54,711 nt of DNA from a virus (lineage: Duplodnaviria > Caudoviricetes). A program made the position numbers and the translations under genes. The DNA lies in the IMG/VR virus record IMGVR_UViG_3300030119_000989, positions 1 through 54,711 of that record; one strand, given 5' to 3'. Position 1 is the first letter of the stretch. Each line of letters begins with the position of its first letter. Positions 53,893 to 54,711 of this stretch are shown here, piece by piece. The notes below the pieces were generated by a model. That model searched no databases and was not told the DNA's origin. It saw nothing but the letters and a program-made list of their open reading frames with translations.

Positions 53893-54711
53893 TTACAAGT
53901 TTGTACGCCCCCATTCTCTCATCCGTTTGCCTTCATTTAATTCGACGTCATTGTGAAGACAGTATTGTTCAAATGTAAGTCGATCCTCTTTCGGAGCCTC
54001 TTTGGCATCTTGCCAGCCACGATAAAAGTTCGTGTACTTATTGAGTTTTACGGGATTGTCCTTGATTGGTGTTCTGCCGCCTTTTCTCTTGGATTTACCT
54101 TTTCGTTGTTTTGATTCTGTTGAATTTTCAGGTGGATCATGCAGAGTTGAAGTGATGGGCAACTCGACGCTTCGATTCTTTTCACCATTTAGAGACTTAC
54201 CACCAGTATTGAAATCTAGTTTCTCTTTCGGCCCAAGAAGCTCAGGTAGCCGATATTCCACGGAATCAAGATGCGCAAGCAGTTCATCACGACTGACAAC
54301 AGACAGAATTGAAGACTTGCTTGGCCCAAGGCATAAATCGATCCGCAATCGGTTAATATCGCCACATAGCGCGATGGTGGTATTACGAACGTTCAGCCAT
54401 CGTTGTTGCTCAACATTCATACCGTCAATCGTGCCAAGATTCATGCTTGCGAGCATTTTGTCGGCCAAGCTGTTGATTCCCGAGTCGGCCCAATCCCCGC
54501 CGCGCTGCCGCTCCACCCGTTCCAGCGGGGAGTATTCGTCGCTGATCTTGATGGAGAACGTGAAGGCGTCCGGCTCGGACTTATCGAAGCGGCGTTTCAT
54601 CGCTTCCAGCAGGACTTTGATTTCATCGTCAGCTAAGCCTTCCAGTACATAACACAACTTGGGTCTGTCATCCCGATACGTGAAGTACAAGTCAACAATG
54701 GGAAAGAGCAT
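53893..54711 (-). CDS. Hypothetical protein, possibly 5'-truncated by the window edge
   Basis: Long ORF reaching the window end; basic C-terminal segment. Confidence 0.55.
   Translation of the reverse strand: MLFPIVDLYFTYRDDRPKLCYVLEGLADDEIKVLLEAMKRRFDKSEPDAFTFSIKISDEYSPLERVERQRGGDWADSGINSLADKMLASMNLGTIDGMNVEQQRWLNVRNTTIALCGDINRLRIDLCLGPSKSSILSVVSRDELLAHLDSVEYRLPELLGPKEKLDFNTGGKSLNGEKNRSVELPITSTLHDPPENSTESKQRKGKSKRKGGRTPIKDNPVKLNKYTNFYRGWQDAKEAPKEDRLTFEQYCLHNDVELNEGKRMREWGRTNL

Larger units (their letters stand above)
48908..54711. mobile_element. Second integrative element (satellite/PICI-like island), right end outside the window
   Basis: Integrase, HTH, helicase, primase, DUF669-like and AlpA genes; no structural genes within the window. 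Confidence 0.8.

Overview
The window holds one apparently complete temperate prophage (about 1-48954) followed by the left part of a second, smaller integrative element (48908-54711). Both sit in tandem at a tRNA-Val(CAC) attachment site. The protein style suggests a Planctomycetota host, but that is inference only. The prophage has four parts. (i) A leftward early operon: tyrosine integrase/xis, RusA, DNA methyltransferases, PAPS-reductase-like, ASCH, Gp37/Gp68, replication initiator, RecT/YqaJ, SMC-like ATPase, CsrA and a CII-like gene. (ii) An immunity region: cI, an HsdR-N-type nuclease and an HEXXH peptidase. (iii) A sigma-like gene next to a degenerate LAGLIDADG gene. (iv) A rightward late region: Mu-like head genes, a MuF-metallopeptidase fusion and a sheathless tail. 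The most striking signal is a bipartite motif, YRAC-ACCGCC-N26-YAAYCACM, with an invariant 26-nt spacer. It occurs 10 times, all on the + strand in front of late modules, and is a candidate phage late-promoter system for the sigma-like and LAGLIDADG-like pair. Other highlights: an 86-nt RNA that looks like tmRNA reduced to its tRNA-like domain, directly upstream of csrA; a second tRNA-like RNA; a small gene with its own RBS nested out of frame in the C5 methyltransferase; and an iteron-like array about 10 kb from the initiator gene. All family assignments come from motif recognition by eye; no database searches were run.
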